A stretch of 64,000 nucleotides of DNA, taken from positions 11,888 through 75,887 of the forward strand of contig JBGQHJ010000004.1 of assembly GCA_041497895.1 (NCBI GenBank). The letters run 5' to 3'. Every line of letters starts with the position of its first letter. Positions within the stretch are counted from its first letter, which is position 1. The translations under genes and the position numbers were made by a program. A model generated the notes under the pieces. It did no database searches. It saw only the letters and a list, made by a program, of their open reading frames with translations, and was not told the origin of the DNA. Source of the stretch: Candidatus Methylomirabilia bacterium. GTDB lineage: Bacteria; Methylomirabilota; Methylomirabilia; Rokubacteriales; CSP1-6. Of this stretch, positions 55,381 to 64,000 are shown one piece after another.

Positions 55381-56376
55381 TCAGCCGAGCCGGGTCAGCT
55401 CGTCGCGCGGGGACCACTCGAAGCGCACGCGCCTGCCGGCCCGATAGCCGTCGACACCGCGGCCGGCCTTCACCGCACCGATCACGGCGGCGGGGATCTG
55501 CTGGCGACGGAAGGTCGCGAGCAATCGCCCGGCCTTCGGCTCGGGTATGGTCAGTAACAGTGCGCCGGATGCGATCAGGCCGAGCGTACGGAGCCCGAAG
55601 TGGGCGCACAGGCGAGCCGTGTAGGGATGCACGGGCACGCGATCGAGGTCGGCGACCAGGCGCCGGCCCGAGGCGGTGGCCAGCTCGAAGAGCGCCGCGG
55701 CGACTCCGCCTTCGGTCGGGTCGTGCATCGCGGTCGCCCCGGCCCGCGCGGCCAGCCGGGCCTCGTCGACCACCGAGATGCCCGGCCGATGGTGGAAGCG
55801 CGCCGCTCGCCGTTGCGCGGTGCGGCCCAGCGCGGCTCGGGCCTCACCCGCGAATCGCCGCGCGATGATCGAGGTCCCCTCGATGCCGGCGACCTTGGTC
55901 ATGATGACGACGTCTCCGACCCGGGCGCCGGCCGCGGTCACCAGGCCGTCCCGCCGAACCAGTCCCTGCATGTCCCCGGCGACGATGGGCTGCCTCACCG
56001 CAGGGGAGATCTCGGTATGTCCGCCGGTGACGGCGATGCCGAGCCCACGGGCGCTCCGATCGACGTCCCGGAAGATCCGCTCGACCGTCGCGGGGGTCGT
56101 GCGGGGCGGCACGATGATCGTGGACTGGAACCAGGCCGGGCGGGCTCCCATCACGGCCACGTCGTTGGCGTTGACGTGAACCGCGTACCATCCGACTTCC
56201 TCGGCGGTGAACGTGACCGGGTCGCTCTTCAGGATCAGGTACTGCGAGCCGAGATCGATGACCGCGGCATCGAGCCCGAAGGCCGGACCCAGGACCACCC
56301 GGCGGTCCGGGGCGCCGCGAAAGCGGAGCAGCCGTCGCAGCACGGCGGGCGGCAGCTTACCGGGGAGGAGGGCCAT
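55381..56376 (-). CDS. AIR synthase/HypE-like (PurM superfamily) protein
   Basis: GKLPP, GLDAAVI, SDPVTF, VNANDVA, GGHTE, MHDPTEGG. Confidence 0.85.
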   Translation of the reverse strand: MALLPGKLPPAVLRRLLRFRGAPDRRVVLGPAFGLDAAVIDLGSQYLILKSDPVTFTAEEVGWYAVHVNANDVAVMGARPAWFQSTIIVPPRTTPATVERIFRDVDRSARGLGIAVTGGHTEISPAVRQPIVAGDMQGLVRRDGLVTAAGARVGDVVIMTKVAGIEGTSIIARRFAGEARAALGRTAQRRAARFHHRPGISVVDEARLAARAGATAMHDPTEGGVAAALFELATASGRRLVADLDRVPVHPYTARLCAHFGLRTLGLIASGALLLTIPEPKAGRLLATFRRQQIPAAVIGAVKAGRGVDGYRAGRRVRFEWSPRDELTRLG

Positions 56377-56518
56377 GGGACCGTCCGGGCAGGCGTCCGG
56401 CCTAGCGCGCCGGTGCAGGCGGCGGTGCTGGCGATGGGCCCGCGGGCGGAGCAGGAATGCCCGGCGGCAGCGAGGGCAGCGGCGGCGGGGAGATGGGTGA
56501 GAGGATGTCCCGCACTGG

Positions 56519-56809
56519 CTAGGGCCCGCCTGGCTCAGCCGCTCGGAGCGGCCCCCGTCGCACGCTCGATCCGTACGAACTCCGCCCTGGCGCGACGCCG
56601 AGGGTGCGGCGCTCGAGCTGGGTGATCCCGTCCTTGACGCGCCACGGGCCCATGCCCTCGACGATCATCGTGCCAGCGCCCTGATCCACCGCCACGACCG
56701 TGCCCGAGTACCTGAATTCCCTTGGGTCATCGCCCTGGCCCGGAATCGCCGAGCCGGTGATCGTCACCGCCGCTGCGACGACGGCCCAGATGCTTCTCCG
56801 TATGCTCAC
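56519..56809 (-). pseudogene. Secreted beta-rich hypothetical protein, possibly frameshifted/truncated
   Basis: Signal-like N-terminus, YSGTVVAVD. Codon style degrades after about 56590, while another frame reads EFVRIERATGAAPSG then TGA. Confidence 0.45.
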
Positions 56810-56812
56810 GCT

Positions 56813-57106
56813 TCAGCTCGGGAGCACGAGCTGGAACCGCTCCCAGGGCATCGCGGTCCAGGTCTCGGTCTGGGCGTGGCCGTACGAGCGGATGATCATC
56901 ACCACCTTGGCGGCCACGGTCTCGTCGGGAGCCTCGAAGATGTCCAGGTAGTCATAGGGCCCGAGGGTGGCGTAGTTGGCCACCCACTTCACCTGGGGGC
57001 AATCCCGCCGCACGTGATCGGCGACCACTCGTTCGAGCCGCTTCAGCTCGCCCGGCGTCTTCACGGCCTCGGGCGTCAGTCGGGTCAGCACCACATAGGT
57101 CGACAT
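56813..57106 (-). CDS. GYD domain protein
   Basis: MSTYVVLTRLT, YATLGPYDYLDIFEAPD, TETWTA. Confidence 0.85.
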   Translation of the reverse strand: MSTYVVLTRLTPEAVKTPGELKRLERVVADHVRRDCPQVKWVANYATLGPYDYLDIFEAPDETVAAKVVMIIRSYGHAQTETWTAMPWERFQLVLPS

Positions 57107-57165
57107 GGTGTTCTCCTCTCCCGGAAAGAACGTCGCACGTGGTCGAGCGTCTGGCTTCCTGGCAA

Positions 57166-57181
57166 CGCATGCGCTGTGCCA
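57166..57181 (-). promoter_or_regulatory. sigma54 promoter P16 (GYD operon)
   Basis: Minus strand TGGCAC-AGCGC-ATGCG. Confidence 0.72.
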
Positions 57182-57268
57182 GCCCACCGTCCTGTCGCCT
57201 CACGGTGAAGACCGCCGCGGCTGCGGTCACTTGCCTACCGATTGCGGCGAGGGCCGCCGGTGTGGGCA

Positions 57269-57306
57269 TGAGGCACCCGCGCCTCAGATGGGGCCGCGTC
57301 AGCTCA
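57269..57306. promoter_or_regulatory. Tandem palindromic enhancer U12
   Basis: TGAGG-cacccgcg-CCTCA ga TGGGG-ccgcgtca-GCTCA. Confidence 0.82.
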
Positions 57307-58425
57307 CACCCCCAGCTCGGCGCGCACGCGGACGTAGTGCAGGACCTGCTCCCGCGCGATCATGCCGAGGAGCTCGCCGGCTTCCACCACCGGCATCTGC
57401 GCCACGTCGGCGTCGTCCATCTTCTCCAGCGTGGTGAGCAGATCCGCCTTCGGCCCGACCGCGGCCAGCTTCTCCGCCGGTGTCATGACATGGCCCGCGG
57501 TGACGGTGGCCCACTGCTCCTGTGGCACGGCCTTGATCTCGTGCAGCGTGAGCAGGCCGACCATCCGCCCGGCATCGGTCACGACGAAGCAGCGCCGGCC
57601 CGCCCCCAGCACCTCCTCGCGAACGATGCGCTCCAGGCTCGTCCCCCGCTCCACGCGCCGGCAGTCCGACGTCATGACCTGGGCCACCGTCACGTCGCGC
57701 AGCAGCTCGCGTAGGTTGGTCTCCTTGTAGCTGGCCGCGGCGGCGTTCTGGAGGAACCACCCGATGAAGGCGATCCACATCCCCCCGATCACGTTGCCGT
57801 TCAGCGCGGTCAAGATTCCCCACCCGATGAAGCCGAAGGCCACCATCTGGCCGACGGCAGACGCGGCCCGGCTGGCACGCCGGAGGCTTCCAGTGGAGCG
57901 CCAGACGAGCGCTCGGAACAGTCGGCCGCCGTCCAGCGGGAAGCCCGGCACCAGGTTGAAAGCCGCCACCATGAAGTTGATGCGGGCCAGCCAGATCGCG
58001 GGCGCCGCCAGGGCCGGGACGTCACGAACCACCAGCCACGTGCCGCCGAACAGGCCGGCCAGCGCCAGGCTCGTGATGGGCCCGGCGATGGCAACCCGGA
58101 GCTCGACCGCCGGAGCCCCGGGTTCCCGGGCGATCTGGGCGATGCCGCCGAAGACGAAGAGCGTGATGCTCCGGATCGGGATCTGGTTCCGGAGCGCGAT
58201 CCAGCAGTGCCCGAGCTCGTGGACCAGGATGGAGGCGAAGAAGATCAGCGCGGTGATCGCTCCCACCACCCAGTAGGTCCCCGCGGCCCAGCCGGGGTAT
58301 TCGTGCGGGAAGTACCCGGCCGCCAGGGACCAGGCCACGAGTCCGAAGACCAGAAGCCAGCTCAAATGGATCCGGATCGGAATACCCCAGACCTCGAAGA
58401 TCTCGAGCCGACGCGCCAATGCCAC
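57304..58425 (-). CDS. Site-2 protease (M50) with C-terminal CBS pair (Rip3-like)
   Basis: HELGH, IAGP, FNLVPGFPLDGG, two CBS domains. Confidence 0.93.
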   Translation of the reverse strand: MALARRLEIFEVWGIPIRIHLSWLLVFGLVAWSLAAGYFPHEYPGWAAGTYWVVGAITALIFFASILVHELGHCWIALRNQIPIRSITLFVFGGIAQIAREPGAPAVELRVAIAGPITSLALAGLFGGTWLVVRDVPALAAPAIWLARINFMVAAFNLVPGFPLDGGRLFRALVWRSTGSLRRASRAASAVGQMVAFGFIGWGILTALNGNVIGGMWIAFIGWFLQNAAAASYKETNLRELLRDVTVAQVMTSDCRRVERGTSLERIVREEVLGAGRRCFVVTDAGRMVGLLTLHEIKAVPQEQWATVTAGHVMTPAEKLAAVGPKADLLTTLEKMDDADVAQMPVVEAGELLGMIAREQVLHYVRVRAELGV

Positions 58426-58434
58426 CCCGCCTCG

Positions 58435-58854
58435 TCAGTCTTCCTCGAGCACGCCCTGGAGCGCCCTCAGCACGTCCACGTAGCTGATGATCCCGACCAC
58501 CTCCCGCGTCCCCTCGTCGACCACCGGGAGGGCCCCGATCTTGTGGTCGAGCAGGAGCCCGATCACCTCGCTGATCTCGGACTCGGGCTCGACCGAGATC
58601 GGATCCGGGCTCATGACCCGGGAAATCGGAGTCGCCAGCTCCTGCCGGAGCGCGTCGGCACCCCCGACCTTCAGGAGGCGGGCGAGGTCGACCCGGGCGA
58701 GATCGCGATCGCTGAGCATGCCGACAAGGACACCATCCAGGGTGACCGGGACGTGCCGGACGTCGGCCTCTCGCATCAGGTCCCACACTTCTGCGACGCT
58801 CGCCTCGGGTGTCACGGTCAACGGGTTCGCGGTCATCACATCACGAGCGATCAT
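58435..58854 (-). CDS. CBS-pair domain protein
   Basis: SD AAGGAG; ARDVMTANP, VRHVPV, GMLSDRD, IGALPVV. Confidence 0.9.
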   Translation of the reverse strand: MIARDVMTANPLTVTPEASVAEVWDLMREADVRHVPVTLDGVLVGMLSDRDLARVDLARLLKVGGADALRQELATPISRVMSPDPISVEPESEISEVIGLLLDHKIGALPVVDEGTREVVGIISYVDVLRALQGVLEED

Positions 58855-58887
58855 GAGGATCTCCTTTGGGTGTCCATCTGAGGCGAG

Positions 58888-58903
58888 AGCAAGCGCGATG
58901 CCA
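58888..58903 (-). promoter_or_regulatory. sigma54 promoter P17 (CBS-site-2 protease)
   Basis: Minus strand TGGCAT-CGCGC-TTGCT; IHF-like ATTTCGGCACTTA at 58920-58932. Confidence 0.87.
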
Positions 58904-58965
58904 GTAGCGGTTGCACTGGATTTCGGCACTTATCTTCGGGCAGAGTAGCGGCGGGGCGCGGACAG

Positions 58966-59003
58966 TGGGGCGCCGGCTCCCCGGATGGGTCACGACGTCC
59001 CGG
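58966..59003. promoter_or_regulatory. Tandem palindromic enhancer U13
   Basis: TGGGG-cgccggct-CCCCG ga TGGGT-cacgacgt-CCCGG. Confidence 0.75.
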
Positions 59004-59050
59004 GGCCCCGCCGCCGTCCTTGCTCACGAGCCTCCCGAGGAGGGGTCAGC

Positions 59051-60073
59051 GTGGCGCGCAGAGCGGTGGTGCTGGTGACCGGGGCGAGCGGGGAGGTCGG
59101 ACACGGCCTGATCCATCGGCTCGCGGATCTCGGGGGCTACGAGATCGTGGCGCTCGACATCCGGGCGATCGACGAGGAGGCGGCCCGCCGGTGCGCCGCC
59201 CCCCGGGTAGGCGACATCCTCGACCGCCACGTCCTGGAGCGGCTGCGGAGCGAGTTCGAGATCGGCGTCGTCTTCCATCTGGCCGCGCTCCTGTCCACCC
59301 GGGCGGAGTTCGTGCCGGAGACGGCCCACGAGGTCAACGTGCAGGGCACGCTCAACCTGCTCCGCCTCGCGGTCGACGAGGCCCGCCCGCGCGAGCGACC
59401 GGTCAGGTTCCTCTTTCCGAGCTCGGTCGCGGTCTACGGGCTGCCGGATCTGGACACGAAGCGCGCGGCCGGGAAGGTCGCCGAGGACGCGTGGCTCGCG
59501 CCCATCACGATGTACGGATGCAACAAGCTCTACTGCGAGCACCTCGGCCGGTACTTTGCGCGCCACTACCGGCAGCTCGCGGGCACGCCGGCGACCCGGG
59601 TCGACTTCCGGGCGATCCGCTTCCCGGGGCTCATCTCGGCCCTGACCGAGCCGAGCGGGGGCACGAGCGACTACGCGCCGGAGATGATCCACGCGGCGGC
59701 GCAGCGGCATCCGTACGCCTGCTTCGTCCGCCCGGACACCCGCATCCCGTTCATGGCGATGCCGGACGCGGTGGCGGCCCTGGTGACCCTGCTGGAGGCG
59801 CCCGCCGATGCGCTCACCAGCCACGTGTACAACGTCACCGCCTTCAGCCCCACCGCGGGCGAGCTGGCCGACCTGGTCGGCCGCGCGTTCCCGAACGACC
59901 GCGTGACCTTCGCTCCCGACCCGCGCCGCCAGGCCATCGTCGACTCCTGGCCCGAGGACGTCGACGACGCGAGGGCCCGGCGCGACTGGGGCTTCCGGCC
60001 GGCGTACGATCTCACACGCACGTTCGAGGAGTACCTGGTGCCGAACATCACGCGCCTCTACGCGCGGCGCTAG
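59051..60073 (+). CDS. SDR/epimerase-type L-threonine 3-dehydrogenase
   Basis: [36 protein letters not shown]; adjacent to kbl. Confidence 0.82.
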   Translation: MARRAVVLVTGASGEVGHGLIHRLADLGGYEIVALDIRAIDEEAARRCAAPRVGDILDRHVLERLRSEFEIGVVFHLAALLSTRAEFVPETAHEVNVQGTLNLLRLAVDEARPRERPVRFLFPSSVAVYGLPDLDTKRAAGKVAEDAWLAPITMYGCNKLYCEHLGRYFARHYRQLAGTPATRVDFRAIRFPGLISALTEPSGGTSDYAPEMIHAAAQRHPYACFVRPDTRIPFMAMPDAVAALVTLLEAPADALTSHVYNVTAFSPTAGELADLVGRAFPNDRVTFAPDPRRQAIVDSWPEDVDDARARRDWGFRPAYDLTRTFEEYLVPNITRLYARR

Positions 60074-60089
60074 ACGGAGGAACGCGAGC

Positions 60090-61274
60090 ATGTACGGCGA
60101 CGTCAGACGGAGGCTCCAGACCGAGCTCGACGGGATCCGCGAGGCCGGCCTGTGGAAGGACGAGCGGATCGTCCAGGGCCCGCAGGGCGCCCGGGTGGCG
60201 GTGGGCGGCCACGAGGTGCTCAACTTCTGCGCCAACAACTACCTCGGCCTGGCCAGCGAGCCCGCGCTCGTCCGCGCGGCCCAGGACGGCCTGGCCCGGT
60301 GGGGCTTCGGGCTCGCGAGCGTCCGGTTCATCTGCGGCACCCAGACCATCCACAAGGAGCTCGAGGCGGCGATCGCCCGCTTCCTGGGCGTGGAGGACGC
60401 GGTGCTCTACACCTCCTGCTTCGACGCCAACGGCGGGCTCTTCGAGACGCTCCTCGAGGAGCCGGACGTCGTCATCTCGGACGCGCTGAACCACGCCTCG
60501 ATCATCGACGGCATCCGCCTCTGCCGGGCCCGACGGGAGCGCTACGCCCACGCCGACATGGCGGACCTCGAGCGCATCCTGGCCGCCTCCGCCGCGGCGC
60601 GGACGCGGCTGATCGCGACCGACGGGGTGTTCTCGATGGACGGTGACGTCGCACCCCTGGCCCGGATCTGCGACCTCGCCGACCGCTACGACGCGCTCGT
60701 GATGGTGGACGACAGCCACGCCACCGGCTTCTTCGGCCCCACCGGTCGCGGCACGCCCGAGCACTGCGGCGTCGCCGGGCGTGTGGACATCATCACCTCG
60801 ACCCTCGGCAAGGCGCTGGGCGGCGCCAGCGGCGGCTTCACCGCGAGCCGGACCGAGGTCGTCGCGCTCCTGCGACAGCGCTCGCGGCCCTACCTCTTCT
60901 CGAACACCCTGCCGCCGGCCCTGGTCTGCTCGGCCCTCGCCTGCCTCGCCCTGCTCTCGCAGTCGACATCGCTACGCGACCGGCTCGCGGCCAACACCCG
61001 CTGGTTCCGCCAGGCGATGACCGAGGCGGGCTTCGGGGTCCGCCCCGGGGAGCACCCGATCGTGCCGATCATGCTCGGCGACGCGCGGCTCGCCCATCGG
61101 ATGGCGGCGGACCTGTTCGACGAGGGAATCTACGTCGTGGGCTTCTCCTTCCCGGTGGTGCCCCGGGATCAGGCCCGGATCCGCGTACAGATCAGCGCCG
61201 CGCACGAGCCGGCGCATCTCGAGCGCGCGGTGACCGCGTTCGGGAAGGTCGGCCGGGCCCACGGGGTGATCTGA
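60090..61274 (+). CDS. kbl: Glycine C-acetyltransferase (2-amino-3-ketobutyrate CoA ligase)
   Basis: [47 protein letters not shown]. Confidence 0.95.
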   Translation: MYGDVRRRLQTELDGIREAGLWKDERIVQGPQGARVAVGGHEVLNFCANNYLGLASEPALVRAAQDGLARWGFGLASVRFICGTQTIHKELEAAIARFLGVEDAVLYTSCFDANGGLFETLLEEPDVVISDALNHASIIDGIRLCRARRERYAHADMADLERILAASAAARTRLIATDGVFSMDGDVAPLARICDLADRYDALVMVDDSHATGFFGPTGRGTPEHCGVAGRVDIITSTLGKALGGASGGFTASRTEVVALLRQRSRPYLFSNTLPPALVCSALACLALLSQSTSLRDRLAANTRWFRQAMTEAGFGVRPGEHPIVPIMLGDARLAHRMAADLFDEGIYVVGFSFPVVPRDQARIRVQISAAHEPAHLERAVTAFGKVGRAHGVI

Positions 61275-61288
61275 GCCGTCGGGGTCGA

Positions 61289-61312
61289 GACGCCCGACTT
61301 CGCTCGGGCGTC
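61289..61312. terminator. Hairpin between convergent kbl and pncB
   Basis: GACGCCCGA-cttcgc-TCGGGCGTC; 9-bp stem, no U-tract. Confidence 0.4.
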
Positions 61313-61331
61313 ACGGTGTCTCCCATCGCCT

Positions 61332-62786
61332 TCACTCGTGCGAGGCCGTCGCGGCCGCCCGCGCCGGCTCGGCCGCCTCGATCTGCGCTCGCAGGCCGCT
61401 CTGGAGGGACACGAGACGCTCGCTGCAGCTCACCGGATAGGTCGCGCGCCGATGCAGCTGCCGGAGATCCTCCGGCAGGGAGGCGACCTGGGCCGCGCAG
61501 TACTCCCGCACCGCGGTGAGTGCCGGGTGGGGCGCCAGAGGGCGGCCGCGCTCCATCACGGAGCGCAGCAGGATCTCGACGGTGCCGGGAGGCGGCGCCT
61601 CCTCACGCAGGGCGATCACGTCCCCCGCGAACTCTTCGCCGCTGAGAATGCGCCGGTACACCTGCTTCTGGGCGGCCCAGGTCACCTTGCCCTCGCTGCC
61701 TTTCAGTACCGGCCGGCCGTCGTATTCGACGAGCTTGTAGACCATGTCCAGATACGGCAGGTCGGCGGAGACGTCCATGCGCGTGCCCACCCCGAACGCA
61801 TCGATGGGCGCGCCGGCGGCGAGACATTCGCCGATGCTCTCTTCGTCGAGGCCCCCGCTCGCGACGATCTTTACGTACTGCAGCCCGGCGGCGTCGAGGA
61901 TCCGTCGGACCTCGAGGCTCAGGCCGACGAGGTTCCCGCTGTCCAGCCGGACGCCGGTGAGACGCTGGCCCCGGGCTTCCATCTCTTTCGCCACCACCAC
62001 CGCCTTCCGCGCCCCGCCGAGCGTGTCGTAGGTATCGAGGAGCAGGGTACTCTGCCCGGGAAATGCGTGGGCGAAGGCGCGAAAGGCGTCGATCTCGCGG
62101 GCGAACGCCGAGACGTAGGAGTGCGCCATGGTACCGGTGGGCGGGATGCCGTAGGAGAGACCGGCCAGCACGTTGCTGCTCATCGCGGCGCCCGCGATGT
62201 AGGCGCAGCGCGCCGCCTTCATGCCGGCATCGACCCCGTGGGTCCGCCGCAGGCCGAACTCGATCACCGGACGCCCGCGGGCCGCGAGGACGCACCGCGC
62301 CGCCTTGCTCGCGAGCACCGTCTGGAAATGGACCAGGTTGAGGACCGCGGTCTCCACCAGCTGGGCCTCGATGATCGGTGCGGTCACCTCGATCAAGGGC
62401 TCGTTCGGGAAGACCACGGTGCCTTCGGGCACCGCCCGGACCAGGCCGGTGAAGCGCAGCCGGCGAAGGAATTCCAGGAAGCCGGAATCGAAGTGGCCGA
62501 GCGCGTCGAGATAGGACAGGCCGTCGCGGGAGAAGCAAAAGTCCCGCAGGAAGTTCAGAACGTCCTCGAGGCCGGCCGCGACCAGAAAGCCGCGCCCCGG
62601 CGGAAGCGTCCGGGCGAACAAGCTGAAGGTCGCGGGACCATGCATCCCCTCGCGCAAGTACGAGGCGGCCATGGTGATCTGGTAAAGATCGGTGAAGAGC
62701 GCCGCGTCGCGGGTGAGGAGCGGCCCGGATGCGAACGTCCCCCGCCCTGTCCTCGGACGACGGCTACTGCGAGTTTCATCTGCCAT
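61332..62786 (-). CDS. pncB: Nicotinate phosphoribosyltransferase
   Basis: LFTDLYQITM, EFGLRR, GTMAHS, LLDTYD, VRLDSG, ASGGLDE, FGVGT, VYKLV. Confidence 0.94.
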   Translation of the reverse strand: MADETRSSRRPRTGRGTFASGPLLTRDAALFTDLYQITMAASYLREGMHGPATFSLFARTLPPGRGFLVAAGLEDVLNFLRDFCFSRDGLSYLDALGHFDSGFLEFLRRLRFTGLVRAVPEGTVVFPNEPLIEVTAPIIEAQLVETAVLNLVHFQTVLASKAARCVLAARGRPVIEFGLRRTHGVDAGMKAARCAYIAGAAMSSNVLAGLSYGIPPTGTMAHSYVSAFAREIDAFRAFAHAFPGQSTLLLDTYDTLGGARKAVVVAKEMEARGQRLTGVRLDSGNLVGLSLEVRRILDAAGLQYVKIVASGGLDEESIGECLAAGAPIDAFGVGTRMDVSADLPYLDMVYKLVEYDGRPVLKGSEGKVTWAAQKQVYRRILSGEEFAGDVIALREEAPPPGTVEILLRSVMERGRPLAPHPALTAVREYCAAQVASLPEDLRQLHRRATYPVSCSERLVSLQSGLRAQIEAAEPARAAATASHE

Positions 62787-62807
62787 GGTGGTCTCCTTCC
62801 TGCTTCG

Positions 62808-63437
62808 TCAGCGGCGATGGACCCGGGTGGCCTTCCGCCTCCGCCCGATGAGAAACGTCTGACCATCGGTGGCCAGCTCCCCGAAGGGCGGCCGGCCCCC
62901 GAGGGCCAGCGCACGGAGGGTCGGGCGACCCAGATGTGCGAACACGAGCCGCTTCACCCCCCGCCGACGGGCCGCCCGCGCGACGGCCATGACGTCCATG
63001 TGTCCGCCGACTCCTCCCGCGAACCGGATCGGACGGTCCCACGCCGCCCCTTCCGCGAACATGAGGTCGGCGCCCCCCGCCCAGGTCGGGAACCGGTAGA
63101 ACTCCGGCGCCCAGACGACGGTGCGGCCCCGAGCCCGGATGTGGTAGCCCCAGGTCGGATGATTGGTATGAACCACCCGCCGGCGCTCGACGCGCACGCC
63201 GTGGTGCCGGAACGTCCCGGCGTACGGGTGCAAACCCTTTGTGCCCGCCGCTCGCCGGATCGCGCCGATCAGCTCGGCTCGCTCGTCGGTCACCAGCCAC
63301 GCGTCGAGCCGGCCACGGGGCACGGCACCGGGGCCCCCGTCGAGCATGATCCGGACGGCCCCGCAGGCGACGAGAAGCCCCGCCGGCCGGAAGCGAGGAG
63401 AGTTCTGGGCCCCGACCCCGAGCGTCATGAGCCGCAC
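62808..63437 (-). CDS. Degenerate metallo-beta-lactamase-fold-like hypothetical protein
   Basis: TLGVGA, MLDGG, VVHT, GGHM, LVFAHLG, ATDGQ resemble the RNase Z/PhnP layout, but HxHxDH is absent. Confidence 0.55.
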   Translation of the reverse strand: MRLMTLGVGAQNSPRFRPAGLLVACGAVRIMLDGGPGAVPRGRLDAWLVTDERAELIGAIRRAAGTKGLHPYAGTFRHHGVRVERRRVVHTNHPTWGYHIRARGRTVVWAPEFYRFPTWAGGADLMFAEGAAWDRPIRFAGGVGGHMDVMAVARAARRRGVKRLVFAHLGRPTLRALALGGRPPFGELATDGQTFLIGRRRKATRVHRR

Positions 63438-63441
63438 CGCA

Positions 63442-64000
63442 TCAGGTCCAGGCCAGCACCTCGGGCTCGCGGCGGGTGGTCGGCGCCGTCTCACCGCGAG
63501 GCCAGCCCACGATGAGCGGCGCGACGGCCGAGAGCTCGCCCGGTATCCCGAGCTCGGCCTTGACCTCCGGCGTGTTCAGCGCCGGAACCGCCGACCCGAT
63601 CACGCACGAGCCGAGTCCCATCGCGCAGGCCGCGAGCATGAGGTTCTCCGCGGCGAGCCAGCAATCGGCCACGACGAATGGCCCCATCGGCTTGGCGCAG
63701 ATCACGATGAGCGTGCCGGCGTCGTAGAAGATGTTGAACTCCGGGCTCGCGAAGACATCGAGCAGGTGGCCGCCCCGGTCGAGGTGGGCGCGATGTGCTT
63801 CCTCGCCGAAGAGCGGCTTCGCCCGATCCGAGAGACGCTCGAGCGCGCTCGGGTCCTGCAGGACGACGAAGGCCCACGGCTCCTGGTGCACCGCGGTCGG
63901 CGCCCGCACGGCGGCCCGGAGCAGCGCGAGGACCGTGGCGCGGTCGACCGGCTCGGGACCGTACGAGCGCACCGAGCGTCTCGCATGGATCGCATCCAGC
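63442..64000 (-). CDS. Nitroreductase family protein (start lies beyond the window)
   Basis: DAIHARRSVRSY, APTAVHQEPWAFVV, AAENLMLAACAMGLGSC. Confidence 0.92.
   Translation of the reverse strand, partial: LDAIHARRSVRSYGPEPVDRATVLALLRAAVRAPTAVHQEPWAFVVLQDPSALERLSDRAKPLFGEEAHRAHLDRGGHLLDVFASPEFNIFYDAGTLIVICAKPMGPFVVADCWLAAENLMLAACAMGLGSCVIGSAVPALNTPEVKAELGIPGELSAVAPLIVGWPRGETAPTTRREPEVLAWT

Noticed and set aside
59009..59024. sigma54 promoter for tdh-kbl (TTGCT at 59020-59024)
   Set aside because: There is no GG at the required -24 position (reads CGCCGC).

Overview
This is a very GC-rich bacterial window; the gene style suggests Candidatus Rokubacteria/Methylomirabilota, which is my inference and not verified. 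It holds about 70 CDSs, and I saw no rRNA, tRNA, CRISPR array or mobile element. From about 2.8 kb to the end it forms a hypoxia/dormancy-type stress island: 9 stand-alone CBS proteins, 5 USPs, 2 Hsp20s, archease-RtcB, a site-2 protease-CBS, PncB, nitroreductases, a P-type ATPase, PfkA, PpsA, malic enzyme, an NDP-forming acyl-CoA synthetase, lipid and cell-wall remodelling genes, TraR/DksA, IHF/HU and an orphan CHASE3-PAS-PAS kinase with a FixL/EcDOS-like PAS. The main result is non-coding. Nearly every operon head carries the same three-part module: (1) a sigma54 -24/-12 promoter, NGGCAN-N5-(T/A)TGC, 17 copies, each oriented toward its operon; (2) a degenerate IHF-like box, most often 16-17 or 26-27 bp upstream; (3) an 18-bp palindrome, YGRGGC-N6-GCCYCR, usually as a tandem pair, at 13 loci and mostly at about 10-bp-periodic distances. 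I read this as a physically clustered, sigma54/enhancer-driven regulon whose content parallels the mycobacterial DosR dormancy regulon. The activator (bEBP) is not encoded in this window. All motifs were found by eye and product calls come from recognised sequence motifs, not from database searches.
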